Virus record (IMG/VR): IMGVR_UViG_3300032257_000093
Location: 1-24,036 of that record
DNA length: 24,036 nt
Direction: 5' to 3' (one strand)
From: a virus
Taxonomy: Duplodnaviria; Caudoviricetes
Part shown: piece after piece, positions 1 through 8,198 of the stretch
Layout: each line of letters begins with the position of its first letter
Position numbering within the stretch: the stretch's first letter is position 1
Made by a program: the position numbers and the translations under genes
Notes under the pieces: model-generated
Told to the model about the DNA's origin: nothing
The model's database searches: none
The model's input: the letters and a program-made list of their open reading frames with translations, nothing else

Positions 1-249
1 AGCCTTTTAGCGGTTTCGGATATAAACTCATTTAATATATATTGTAATAATGAGCTAACCTTTTCGCCTGCCGGTGACGTTGAATCATATGAAGCGGTTT
101 TAGCAAGCGGCGAGTATTCATGCTATATGACCACGGTAACAGGTAGAGAGTCACTACCAAGCTTAACTGTAGATTTTATTGTCGATGAAGTAAGCGACCC
201 AAGTATTGCAGCTAAGGCCATTGTTAAGTTTAAAGCGATAAAGGAGTAG
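1..249 (+). CDS. 5'-truncated ORF, fibronectin type III / Ig-like domain protein
   Basis: Frame 1 is open from base 1 to TAG at 247-249 (SLLAVSDINSFNIYCNNE...LASGEYSCYMTTVTGRESLPS...KAIKE). The 'F-x-I-Y ... G-x-Y-x-x-x-x-T ... G-R-E-S-x-x-S' pattern is typical of FN3 modules. Not in the ORF track because the start lies outside the window. Confidence 0.6.
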   Translation, partial: SLLAVSDINSFNIYCNNELTFSPAGDVESYEAVLASGEYSCYMTTVTGRESLPSLTVDFIVDEVSDPSIAAKAIVKFKAIKE

Positions 250-252
250 AGC

Positions 253-924
253 TTGCCGACTTACGTATCAACAATATCCGGCGGGGTACAAAGTGCGACA
301 CTAACCCTATCGTCTATTGTTGCAACGGGTACAGATGTTTGTCTAACATTGGCAGTTGCGACTCGCGGAACGCCCGTAGTCACATCGGTTGTCTTTAATG
401 GCAGCGAAAACTTTACGCAACAAGGTACAGCCCAAACTGGTAACGCAACAGTACATTTTTATACATTAGTAAATCCCACAGCGACAACAGCAGATGTGGT
501 GATAACAAATTCAAATACACTAAGAATGGCGGCGGCTTGCTCAGTTTATACAAATGTCGATCAAACTACGCCAGTTAGAGCGGGTACGCCTCAAACCGCA
601 ACAGGAACGGGGACCGCGCTAGCAGTTAGTGTTACGGGTACGTCTGGCGATTTAATTGTTGATGCCGTATCAATTGTTCAAAATGGTCCACCATCATTAA
701 CCGCAGATCATACAGAACGTGTTAATATAACTCAAACAGGCGGCAGCACGGATGTTGGTTTGGGTTGTCAAGAGCTATCAGCTACAGGTGGTTCAGACTC
801 AATGAGCTGGACAGCGGGAAGTAGTACGGATTGGGCTATGGCTGCATTTGCGTTAGTATCTGCTAGCGGTGGCGGCGGTCCAACAGCAATTCCAATTTTT
901 AGACGAAGAATTGAAGGATATTAA
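253..924 (+). CDS. Thr/Ser/Gly-rich beta-sandwich virion-associated protein (putative decoration/fibre component)
   Basis: TTG start with RBS AAGGAG at 241-246; 223 aa of beta-strand-rich composition ending in a GGGG linker and a short basic tail (PTAIPIFRRRIEGY). Confidence 0.6.
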   Translation: MPTYVSTISGGVQSATLTLSSIVATGTDVCLTLAVATRGTPVVTSVVFNGSENFTQQGTAQTGNATVHFYTLVNPTATTADVVITNSNTLRMAAACSVYTNVDQTTPVRAGTPQTATGTGTALAVSVTGTSGDLIVDAVSIVQNGPPSLTADHTERVNITQTGGSTDVGLGCQELSATGGSDSMSWTAGSSTDWAMAAFALVSASGGGGPTAIPIFRRRIEGY

Positions 925-1347
925 ATGGCAGTTATAGCAACATTACTAAACGCAGTTCAAAGCGGGTTAAGCTGGAAAATTGAGATTGAATATTCTGATG
1001 GCGTAGAAACCTATATTATTAGTGAACGATTCAATGGTACAACTATTGCAGGATTAAAAGATTTTGCAAGATCTAAAGCGCTACGAGTTGATGGCGTTAT
1101 AGATACGTTTGATTTTACTACGGTAATAGGTCAATCGATTGATGTTACACCGATAACTCCAGTACCACCAACAGCAGAAGAGATAGCAAAAGAGGTGTGG
1201 TTTGATGATTGGGCGAAACTAAGACAAATTAACACTTTATTAGAGCAAGCTCCCGCAATCTCAACTGCGAGTAGAATTGCATTCAGAGACAGCTTACAGT
1301 CGACAGTAGAAAGCAATTGGCTAGATAGCTACTTAGGTGATTTATGA
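925..1347 (+). CDS. Hypothetical phage protein
   Basis: 140 aa; ATG directly after the previous stop, RBS GAAGGA upstream, ATGA overlap with the next gene. Confidence 0.7.
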   Translation: MAVIATLLNAVQSGLSWKIEIEYSDGVETYIISERFNGTTIAGLKDFARSKALRVDGVIDTFDFTTVIGQSIDVTPITPVPPTAEEIAKEVWFDDWAKLRQINTLLEQAPAISTASRIAFRDSLQSTVESNWLDSYLGDL

Positions 1348-3167
1348 TATTAGGCAAATACAATCAAGAGAAAACAATCACTTTCAGCTTATTTGAAATA
1401 GACGGTATTGATTTAAGTGTAGCGGCAACTTTTGCTGCTGGTGATGTAAAAATCCAAAAAGATGAAGGAGCAGAGGCTAATACAACTAATTTACCGACTG
1501 ACGAAGGGTCAACTTATTCACTTGTTTTGACAGCTACAGAAATGAGCGCAGCAAGAATTAGAATTATTATTATCGATCAAACAGGCACAAAAGTTTGGTT
1601 AGACACTTCTTTAGGTATAGAAACTTACGGGAACGTATCAGCCGAACATGCTTTTGATTTAGATACAGCAGCGGAAACAATGAGAGGCACAGATTCAGCT
1701 AATACCGTAGTGCCTCCAAGTGTTGCACAATTTAACGCTAGAACATTACTAGCAGCGGATTACTTTGATCCAGCGGCTGATACAGTAGCAACAGTAACAG
1801 ACGTAACCAATCAAGTGACTACAGCTCAAATCAACACAGAGATTGATACTGCACTGTCAGACATCGGACTTGATCATTTGGTTAGCTCGTCAGTCACCGG
1901 AACAGATGTGGCAGACGATTCTATATTCGCTAAACTGGTGAGTAAGTCAGCAACGGCAGACTGGGACACCTATGACAACAATATTGAATCCCTTGAAGCT
2001 TTAGAGGGACATATAAATAACATTGCATCAACTGGCGCGGCATTCCATCAAGCGTCTAATGGTAGCTATGTTTTAACCACGGGTACACAGTCAAGCGGAA
2101 CAGAAGCTAACGCAGAGACTAGAGACGGAATAGCGCACGAACACACCGATAGCGCAGGCGCTATGGATTTATATTACATCTTTGATGTTGGGGTTAATGG
2201 GGTGGGGGTTGAAGTGGAGTTTAGCGCATTAATTAACGGCTCAAACGATAGTATTCTAGTTCAAGCTTATGATTGGGTTGGTGCTGCGTGGACAACGCTA
2301 ACAACACTAGAAGGTTCAAACAATACAACAACGTTTACGACTGATATCGAAGCGTTGTTCGGCAAGAATACCGGCACTGGTGGAAACGCGGGACTGATTC
2401 AAATAAGATTCTACGCGGCGTCAGGATTAACGACTGCTACACTAAAGGTAGATCAGATATTTGTAGCTTATGCTGAAAGTGTTGTTAATTACATTGGTGA
2501 CGGCACAGTATTAACAGAGGCATCCGGTACAGGCGACCAGTTAACAGCAATAGCAACGGCGGCAAATTTAACAACGCTTGACGGTAAAGTTGACGATATG
2601 CAAGGCGCTACATTCTCAACAAGTACAGATAGCTTAGAAGCTATTAGAGATAGAGGGGATACGGCATGGACAACAGGCGCAGGCGGTTCTAGCCCGACAG
2701 TGATAGAAATACGCCAAGAAATGGATTCAAACTCCACCCAATTAGCGGCGATTGTTGCAGATACTAATGAATTGCAGGGTGATTGGGTTGATGGTGGTCG
2801 ATTAGATTTAATTTTAGACGCTGTTCTAGTTGATACGAATGACCTTCAAACCAACCAAGGGAACTGGCTAACGGTGACAGGATTTGCGACAGAAGCAAAA
2901 CAAGACACTATGCAGACTGATGTTAGCGCTATTTTAGTTGATACAGCGACCACGATACCCGCGCAAATCACCGGCTTAAATAACTTTGATCCAGTCAATG
3001 ACGCAGTAGCCAACGTCACTCTAGTTGCAACAGTTACAACTAACACTGATATGCGCGGGACTGATAGTGCATTACTAGCGTCCAGCTACACAACTAACGT
3101 TAATATTGCCACCATTAACGGCGTAACAATCACTGGGGACGGTAGCGGTACACCGTTTGATGTATAA
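1344..3167 (+). CDS. Large acidic Thr/Ala/Asp-rich fibre-like structural protein with internal repeats
   Basis: 607 aa; N-terminal Ig-like segment, repeated motifs (MRGTDSA x2, FDPxxDxVAxVT x2, A[IV][VL][AV]DT x3) and a central beta-rich domain. Confidence 0.65.
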   Translation: MILGKYNQEKTITFSLFEIDGIDLSVAATFAAGDVKIQKDEGAEANTTNLPTDEGSTYSLVLTATEMSAARIRIIIIDQTGTKVWLDTSLGIETYGNVSAEHAFDLDTAAETMRGTDSANTVVPPSVAQFNARTLLAADYFDPAADTVATVTDVTNQVTTAQINTEIDTALSDIGLDHLVSSSVTGTDVADDSIFAKLVSKSATADWDTYDNNIESLEALEGHINNIASTGAAFHQASNGSYVLTTGTQSSGTEANAETRDGIAHEHTDSAGAMDLYYIFDVGVNGVGVEVEFSALINGSNDSILVQAYDWVGAAWTTLTTLEGSNNTTTFTTDIEALFGKNTGTGGNAGLIQIRFYAASGLTTATLKVDQIFVAYAESVVNYIGDGTVLTEASGTGDQLTAIATAANLTTLDGKVDDMQGATFSTSTDSLEAIRDRGDTAWTTGAGGSSPTVIEIRQEMDSNSTQLAAIVADTNELQGDWVDGGRLDLILDAVLVDTNDLQTNQGNWLTVTGFATEAKQDTMQTDVSAILVDTATTIPAQITGLNNFDPVNDAVANVTLVATVTTNTDMRGTDSALLASSYTTNVNIATINGVTITGDGSGTPFDV

Positions 3168-3376
3168 TGAGCTTATCAGTCGCAGGAGTTTGGCAGGTTG
3201 GAGTTTGGGATCAAACTGTCTGGGGTGAGGGCGTTTGGCGTGAAGGTGCACCAGCGGTAATTAACCGTTATTTAATGCAAGCGACCGAAAACTTAAACTT
3301 TACAGACTGCGAAAACATTGAAACAACTGATAGCGAAAATATGCAACTATCAAGCTCAAAAGGTATTTTATTATGA
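3167..3376 (+). CDS. Small protein with a Trp pentapeptide repeat
   Basis: 69 aa, TAATG-coupled to the previous gene; AGVWQ-VGVWD-QTVWG-EGVWR repeat followed by three 8-aa xEN-type repeats. Confidence 0.7.
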   Translation: MSLSVAGVWQVGVWDQTVWGEGVWREGAPAVINRYLMQATENLNFTDCENIETTDSENMQLSSSKGILL

Positions 3377-3696
3377 CATTAAGATTGGTAACGGGTGACA
3401 GCCCATCTTACGCACTAACCGCAAAGCAAGACGGAGCTGTATTTGCTATCGACTCAGGCGCAACGGTAAGAGCTAGAATTGTAGATATTAATAAGAATGC
3501 CTTAACTGATATAATAACACTATCAAGCGCGACTACGGGCGCAGACTGGCCTAATAGTTTAATAGTAGCGCAATTCTTAAAAGCGTCTACCGAGCTAATA
3601 ACATATTATGGTAAAGGGTATATTGAATTAGAAATAAACGATAATGCGGAATTAACCTATTTCTATAAACTTAATATTGAACAGGGGACTATATAA
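3373..3696 (+). CDS. BppU N-terminal-like Ig-fold adaptor protein
   Basis: 107 aa starting 'LRLVTGDS..Y.LT...DG..F.I..GATV.A.I' and ending 'G.G.IELEI....TYF...I', the pattern of small BppU-like beta-sandwich phage proteins; ATGA overlap. Confidence 0.5.
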   Translation: MTLRLVTGDSPSYALTAKQDGAVFAIDSGATVRARIVDINKNALTDIITLSSATTGADWPNSLIVAQFLKASTELITYYGKGYIELEINDNAELTYFYKLNIEQGTI

Positions 3697-3845
3697 TGAA
3701 TACCACAGCCACGCATTTTAAGATAGAGAGGTATTATGCTTTAGAGTTAAGCAGGAAGGTCGACGAATTAAGGCTATTTCCTCGATATTTAGCAAGCGAA
3801 ATACTTGCTGACGTAATTAAATATTTGAATAATTCCACAAAGTAA
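3696..3845 (+). CDS. Hypothetical 49-aa protein
   Basis: Read manually: MNTTATHFKIERYYALELSRKVDELRLFPRYLASEILADVIKYLNNSTK; TAATG coupling at both ends; AGGGGA upstream. Confidence 0.55.
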   Translation: MNTTATHFKIERYYALELSRKVDELRLFPRYLASEILADVIKYLNNSTK

Positions 3846-3961
3846 TGAACGGTAAAGGTAGCAACAGAAGAAAGTACAACAAAGAAAACGAGAAGCAATT
3901 CAGAGAAAATGCTTTTTTTAAAACATGCGAATATGAGAAGAAGAAGCAAAACAAACAATAA
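3845..3961 (+). CDS. Small basic phage protein (GKGS-x-R-R N-terminus)
   Basis: Read manually: MNGKGSNRRKYNKENEKQFRENAFFKTCEYEKKKQNKQ (38 aa); TAATG coupling; the 'GKGSxRR ... F-x-E-N' pattern recurs in small phage ORFs. Confidence 0.55.
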   Translation: MNGKGSNRRKYNKENEKQFRENAFFKTCEYEKKKQNKQ

Positions 3962-3997
3962 CCAGACTCAGCGAGTCTAAACTAGCGCGGAGCGTTA

Positions 3998-4138
3998 ATG
4001 AAAAACTATAAGCATCAGATAAAATCTACTAAGGATTTAATTCCCTACGTCAATAATTCTCGCACCCATAGCGACCAGCTAGAAAGCGGCGGGGCAGTAC
4101 CGCCCAACACGCTCCAACATACAAAAGGTCATTCCTAA
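3998..4138 (+). pseudogene. Truncated ParB/Srx-like N-terminal fragment fused to unrelated sequence (46 aa)
   Basis: RBS GGAG at 3989-3992; MKNYKHQIKSTKDLIPYVNNSRTHSD matches the start of phage ParB-like nuclease/methylase domains (L-I-P-Y-x-x-N-x-R-T-H-S-D), but the expected EQIxQIAASIxEFGF is replaced by QLESGGAVPPNTLQHTKGHS; the stop overlaps the TerS ATG. Confidence 0.65.
4069..4116 (+). ncRNA. 3' half of a degenerate tRNA-Gly-like element
   Basis: Anticodon-arm-like TAG-CGACCAG-CTA (4069-4081), T-arm-like GGCGG-GGCAGTA-CCGCC (4088-4104), 3' end CGCTCCA (4110-4116) as in bacterial tRNA-Gly; no D-arm or 5' acceptor strand. Confidence 0.45.
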
Positions 4139-4485
4139 TGGCTGATACAGGTAGACCACCAGTAGAATTAACCGACGAGCAGATAAAAGAAGTTCAAACA
4201 CTTTCAGCGGTATTAAATACAAAGCAGATAGCCGATTATTTGGGTGTATCTCACGTTACATTTAAAGCAATCCGTGACCGTGATGAAAATGTTTCTTTCG
4301 CATATAAGAACGGAAAAGCCAAAGCAATCGCATCAATAGCGGGTAATTTAATCAAATCGGCTAAGGATGGAAACACATCAGCACAGATATTCTACCTAAA
4401 AACTCAGGCAGGATGGAAGGAAACTAAGGTGATCGAATCAACCGAAAGCGACAAAGCAAGTAATCGGCATTTTGTCGATGAGTAG
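4138..4485 (+). CDS. terS: Terminase small subunit
   Basis: 115 aa with an N-terminal GRP motif, HTH (LNTKQIADYLGVSHVTF) and 'GNTSAQIFYLKTQAGW' motif; immediately upstream of TerL. Confidence 0.85.
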   Translation: MADTGRPPVELTDEQIKEVQTLSAVLNTKQIADYLGVSHVTFKAIRDRDENVSFAYKNGKAKAIASIAGNLIKSAKDGNTSAQIFYLKTQAGWKETKVIESTESDKASNRHFVDE

Positions 4486-5866
4486 TTACCCTCTTAACCC
4501 TAACTTAAAGCCGTTTTGGAATTGGCGCTTAGACAAGGCGTCAAAGCTTGTTTATGACTATTTTAGAGTTAGAACGCTATATGGTGGGCGCTCGTCAAGC
4601 AAGACACATGAGTACGCATCAGCAGGCGTTAAAATAGCAAGCGAGCATAAAACAAGATTTTTGTGCGTTAGACGATTTCAAAATAAAATTAAAGAATCAG
4701 TTTATACAGTTGTAAAAAATAAAATTGACCACCTAGGTTTAAGTGGTTTTGATGTTCAAGCGTCAAGCATTTATCACAACAACGGTTCAGAGTTTGTATT
4801 TTATGGTATCGAGCGAAACATCGACGAAATCAAATCGTTTGAAGGTGCTGATATACTTTGGATAGAAGAAGCGCACAATTTAACTTCTGACCAGTGGGAC
4901 ATATTAGAGCCAACTATCAGAAAAGAAGGATCAGAGATTTGGATCAGCTTTAATCCAAAGTACACAAATGATTTTATTTACCAAAATTTTGTTATTCATC
5001 CGCCCGAAGGAAGTATAGTTAGATTAATCAATTATGACGAAAACGGGTATATTTCAAACACTATGATGAAAGTTATAAATGACTTAAAATCAAAAGATTA
5101 CGATAAATATTTGCACGTTTACAAAGGGCAACCTTTAAGCGATGAAGAACAAGTAATCATTAAGCGGTCATTTATCGAGGCGGCTTTAGATTTCCACCTT
5201 GAAACCGATCTTGAGTTAGGTGGTAAAAATACGGTTGGTTACGATGTTGCGGACTCAGGTGACGACTTAAACGCAACAGTAAGCGCCAACGGCTCAATAG
5301 CTATCAAGTGTGACGAATGGAAAGGTGGGGAGGATGAGTTAAGAAAGTCAGCTAAACGCGTAAAATTAACGGCTAGCAAAAACGACGCTCGAATAATTTA
5401 CGATTCTATTGGGGTTGGTGCGGGTACAGGTTCGACGCTTAAAGATTTAAGTTATTACGATTACGCACCATTTAACGCAGGCGGTAAGATAGTCAAGCCT
5501 AATAGAAAGTACGAAGGAATAAAACAAAAAGAATATTTCTCCAATCTCAAGGCGCAGGCGTGGTGGCTTGTCGCAGATAGATTAAGAAATACTTATGATT
5601 ATAGGGTTAATGGTAACAAGAATTACAAGGCTGACGAGTTAATTTCTATTAGCTCTGATATTAAAGGTCTAGAGTCTCTAATTAGTGAGCTAGCAACGCC
5701 ATACAAGGACTTTGACAAAGCTGGGCGGGTTAAGGTTGAGAGTAAAGAAGACTTAAAGAAAAGAGGCATCAAGTCTCCAAACAAAGCTGATGCGTTTATA
5801 ATGGCGCTATCAATTAGTTTAGTCAGACAATCGAAAGTAACAGAGTTAAATATAATAGGGTTTTAA
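4472..5866 (+). CDS. terL: Terminase large subunit (PBSX-like)
   Basis: Walker A YGGRSSSKT, Walker B ILWIEEA, SFNP coupling motif, RNase H-like nuclease (GYDVAD...SPNKADA). The true start may be ATG 4478. Confidence 0.95.
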   Translation: MSMSSYPLNPNLKPFWNWRLDKASKLVYDYFRVRTLYGGRSSSKTHEYASAGVKIASEHKTRFLCVRRFQNKIKESVYTVVKNKIDHLGLSGFDVQASSIYHNNGSEFVFYGIERNIDEIKSFEGADILWIEEAHNLTSDQWDILEPTIRKEGSEIWISFNPKYTNDFIYQNFVIHPPEGSIVRLINYDENGYISNTMMKVINDLKSKDYDKYLHVYKGQPLSDEEQVIIKRSFIEAALDFHLETDLELGGKNTVGYDVADSGDDLNATVSANGSIAIKCDEWKGGEDELRKSAKRVKLTASKNDARIIYDSIGVGAGTGSTLKDLSYYDYAPFNAGGKIVKPNRKYEGIKQKEYFSNLKAQAWWLVADRLRNTYDYRVNGNKNYKADELISISSDIKGLESLISELATPYKDFDKAGRVKVESKEDLKKRGIKSPNKADAFIMALSISLVRQSKVTELNIIGF

Positions 5867-5869
5867 ATT

Positions 5870-7222
5870 ATGCCAATCAATACGCAATACGCAGGATATG
5901 AAGACGGTTTAAAAAAGTCAACGCAAGTCAAAGATTTTGCGGCTGGTGACATTAAAGTAAAAAGCAAGGGTGAGGATTACCTGCCAAAATTAACAGGCCA
6001 AACTCAAGCAGAATATAACGCTTATTTAAATAGGGGCGCAGTAATACCGGCAGTTAGTCCGACAGTCTCAGCGATAACCGGCGCAATTATGAGAAAAGAG
6101 TCTTTGATTGAAACGACAATAGTTAATATTGAGTCAAACATAAACGGCAAAGATCAAGATGTTAAACTGTTTACTTGCAACGCAATAGCAGAATTATTGT
6201 TATCGGGTGGGGTTGGTCAATTGGTCGAGTGGGATAATGAACTCAACGCGCCAACCGTAAAAACTTACACTAAAGAATCGTTAATCAATTATAGTTACGA
6301 TTACATTGTACTAACTCAAAATTACACGGTCAGAGATCAGAAGGACAAATTTAAAGAAACGGTTCATACTGAATATTTAGAGTTAACCTATGATGAGAGC
6401 GGGAATTACATTCAAAATAGGTGGAGAAAAACTAAAAACGGCTTTGCTATTGTTGAGGTATTAACACCAACTAACCGAGGTGCACCACTTAAAGAGATCC
6501 CTTTTGTATTTGTTACTATTGGCGGGCTTGGAATAGCTAACACCGATCCGCTATTATTAAACTTGTCGAATGTCAATCTTAATCAATACCGGCTATCAGC
6601 CGATCAACGTCATGGGCTACACTGGACAGCGTTACCGACGCTTTTTGTGTTTGGGGCGATAGCGGACGACGATGGAAATAAAAAGCAAATTAAGGTTGGC
6701 GCTGGTAGTTTTAACCATATAGAAGACGAAAGTGCTAGGGTTGAATTATTAGAGTTTAGCGGCGCGGGGTTAGCTTCTGTTAAATCGGCTATTGATGACG
6801 ATATCAACACAATGTCTAGCATTGGCGCAAAGATGTTAACAAGCGAGCAAGGCGGAGTTAAGGCTGCGGAGACAGCAAGAATAGACGCCTCAAGCGAAAC
6901 AGCTACACTTTCAACAATCGCAAACGCTATTGATTTAATGATGAATGAAATATTTAGAATTATTGACGAATGGGCGGGCACAACTGGCAGCACTTACGCT
7001 ATCAATAGGGATTTTGTAGATGTGAAAGTCGACCCTCAAGCGCTTCAAGCCTATTTACAAACTTACCTATCTGGCGGTATGAGCTTGGATACTTTCTTGA
7101 ATTTACTTTATAAGGGGGAGTTATTGCCGAAAGGGATAACTCCAGAAGATGAAGCCGACCGAATAGAGCAGGGTGGCAATGATTTTGCTGATAATACGCC
7201 ACCTGACAACCTAGCGCTATAA
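5870..7222 (+). CDS. Portal protein (DUF4055-like)
   Basis: 450 aa after TerL; 'YLPKL..Q...EY.AYL.RG', 'IPFVF', 'PLL.L...NL..YR.SAD..H.LH..ALP' motifs. Confidence 0.88.
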   Translation: MPINTQYAGYEDGLKKSTQVKDFAAGDIKVKSKGEDYLPKLTGQTQAEYNAYLNRGAVIPAVSPTVSAITGAIMRKESLIETTIVNIESNINGKDQDVKLFTCNAIAELLLSGGVGQLVEWDNELNAPTVKTYTKESLINYSYDYIVLTQNYTVRDQKDKFKETVHTEYLELTYDESGNYIQNRWRKTKNGFAIVEVLTPTNRGAPLKEIPFVFVTIGGLGIANTDPLLLNLSNVNLNQYRLSADQRHGLHWTALPTLFVFGAIADDDGNKKQIKVGAGSFNHIEDESARVELLEFSGAGLASVKSAIDDDINTMSSIGAKMLTSEQGGVKAAETARIDASSETATLSTIANAIDLMMNEIFRIIDEWAGTTGSTYAINRDFVDVKVDPQALQAYLQTYLSGGMSLDTFLNLLYKGELLPKGITPEDEADRIEQGGNDFADNTPPDNLAL

Positions 7223-8010
7223 TGAATAATATTGTAGATATTTATACTCGTCACGGTCACTTTGTAGAGCGATACAAGACCGGACAATTTAAAAAGCTAA
7301 ATCCTTTTATTAGTCGAATAATGAGAGATTTACGCGCTCAATTATTGGTATCTAACACCATACGGTCTCAAGCTAGAATAAGGGCGAAACTTAAAGATGT
7401 TGAAAATATGGTTTTATTTCATTTAAAAGAATTTACCGATGATTACAGCGGACAGTTAGATTTATTTGCAGAGAGTGAGGTTAGATTTGGACTAAAAGCA
7501 CTAGGCAATGATTTTGACGCGCCCATTCCGGCACTATCTAGATTAAGAGCCGCTTATTATTCAAGACCATTTAATAACAGGCATTTAAAAGATGCGCTCA
7601 ATGATTTTAGCAAAATACAGGCTCGAATGATCCGCGATGCAGTATCAATGGGTTTCTTTGAAAGCAAGACAACTCCGGAAATAATACGCGACGTAATAGG
7701 CACAAGGTCGGCAGGCTATCGCGATGGGTTGCTAAACGTCACTAGGACAAGCGCCTCGCGATTAGTTAGAACGTCAATTAATCATGTGGCAGCGGTCGCA
7801 AAAGATACGTTATATAAGGCTAATAGCGATTTAATATCACATTACGAATGGATTAGTACGCTGGATAGCCGAACTAGTGATATTTGCACTAGTTTAGACG
7901 GTAATATTTACCGAGCTGGTAAGGGTAGATTGCCACCCGCGCACCCAAATTGCAGAAGCACAACCGCACCTATACTAAAAGGTGATCCAAAAATAAAGGA
8001 CAGTTTATGA
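7222..8010 (+). CDS. Minor head / head morphogenesis protein (SPP1 gp7 / Mu gpF-like)
   Basis: Motifs LVRT, 'WISTLDSRTSDIC.SLDG' and 'PPAHPNCRST'; follows the portal. Confidence 0.92.
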   Translation: MNNIVDIYTRHGHFVERYKTGQFKKLNPFISRIMRDLRAQLLVSNTIRSQARIRAKLKDVENMVLFHLKEFTDDYSGQLDLFAESEVRFGLKALGNDFDAPIPALSRLRAAYYSRPFNNRHLKDALNDFSKIQARMIRDAVSMGFFESKTTPEIIRDVIGTRSAGYRDGLLNVTRTSASRLVRTSINHVAAVAKDTLYKANSDLISHYEWISTLDSRTSDICTSLDGNIYRAGKGRLPPAHPNCRSTTAPILKGDPKIKDSL

Positions 8011-8195
8011 CTTATAATCAATTTTTTGTCCGTCAATCTAAATCGTTTCAAGATGAGGCGATAGGGAAAGATGAAGCGGATCAATTTAGAAGTGGCAATT
8101 TATCAATAACCAAATTCAAAGAGAGAAACCAATCGATGAGCCTAGCTGAGCTAGAGGAATCACATTCACTATCATTAAATAATCCAGAGGATTAA
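8007..8195 (+). CDS. Stand-alone C-terminal domain of the gpF/gp7-like minor head protein
   Basis: TYNQFFVRQSKSFQDEAIGKDEADQFRSGNLSITKF...SLAEL resembles the tail usually fused to gpF-like proteins; RBS AAGGA, ATGA overlap. Confidence 0.65.
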   Translation: MTYNQFFVRQSKSFQDEAIGKDEADQFRSGNLSITKFKERNQSMSLAELEESHSLSLNNPED

Positions 8196-8198
8196 AAA

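Noticed and set aside
3734-3958. 74-aa hydrophobic minus-strand ORF (holin-like look)
   Set aside because: The + strand holds two TAATG-coupled ORFs over the same interval; the hydrophobicity arises from the A-rich + strand.
4040-4116. Complete functional tRNA gene
   Set aside because: No 5' acceptor strand or D-arm and the T-loop lacks TTC; only a 3' half-like remnant is supported.
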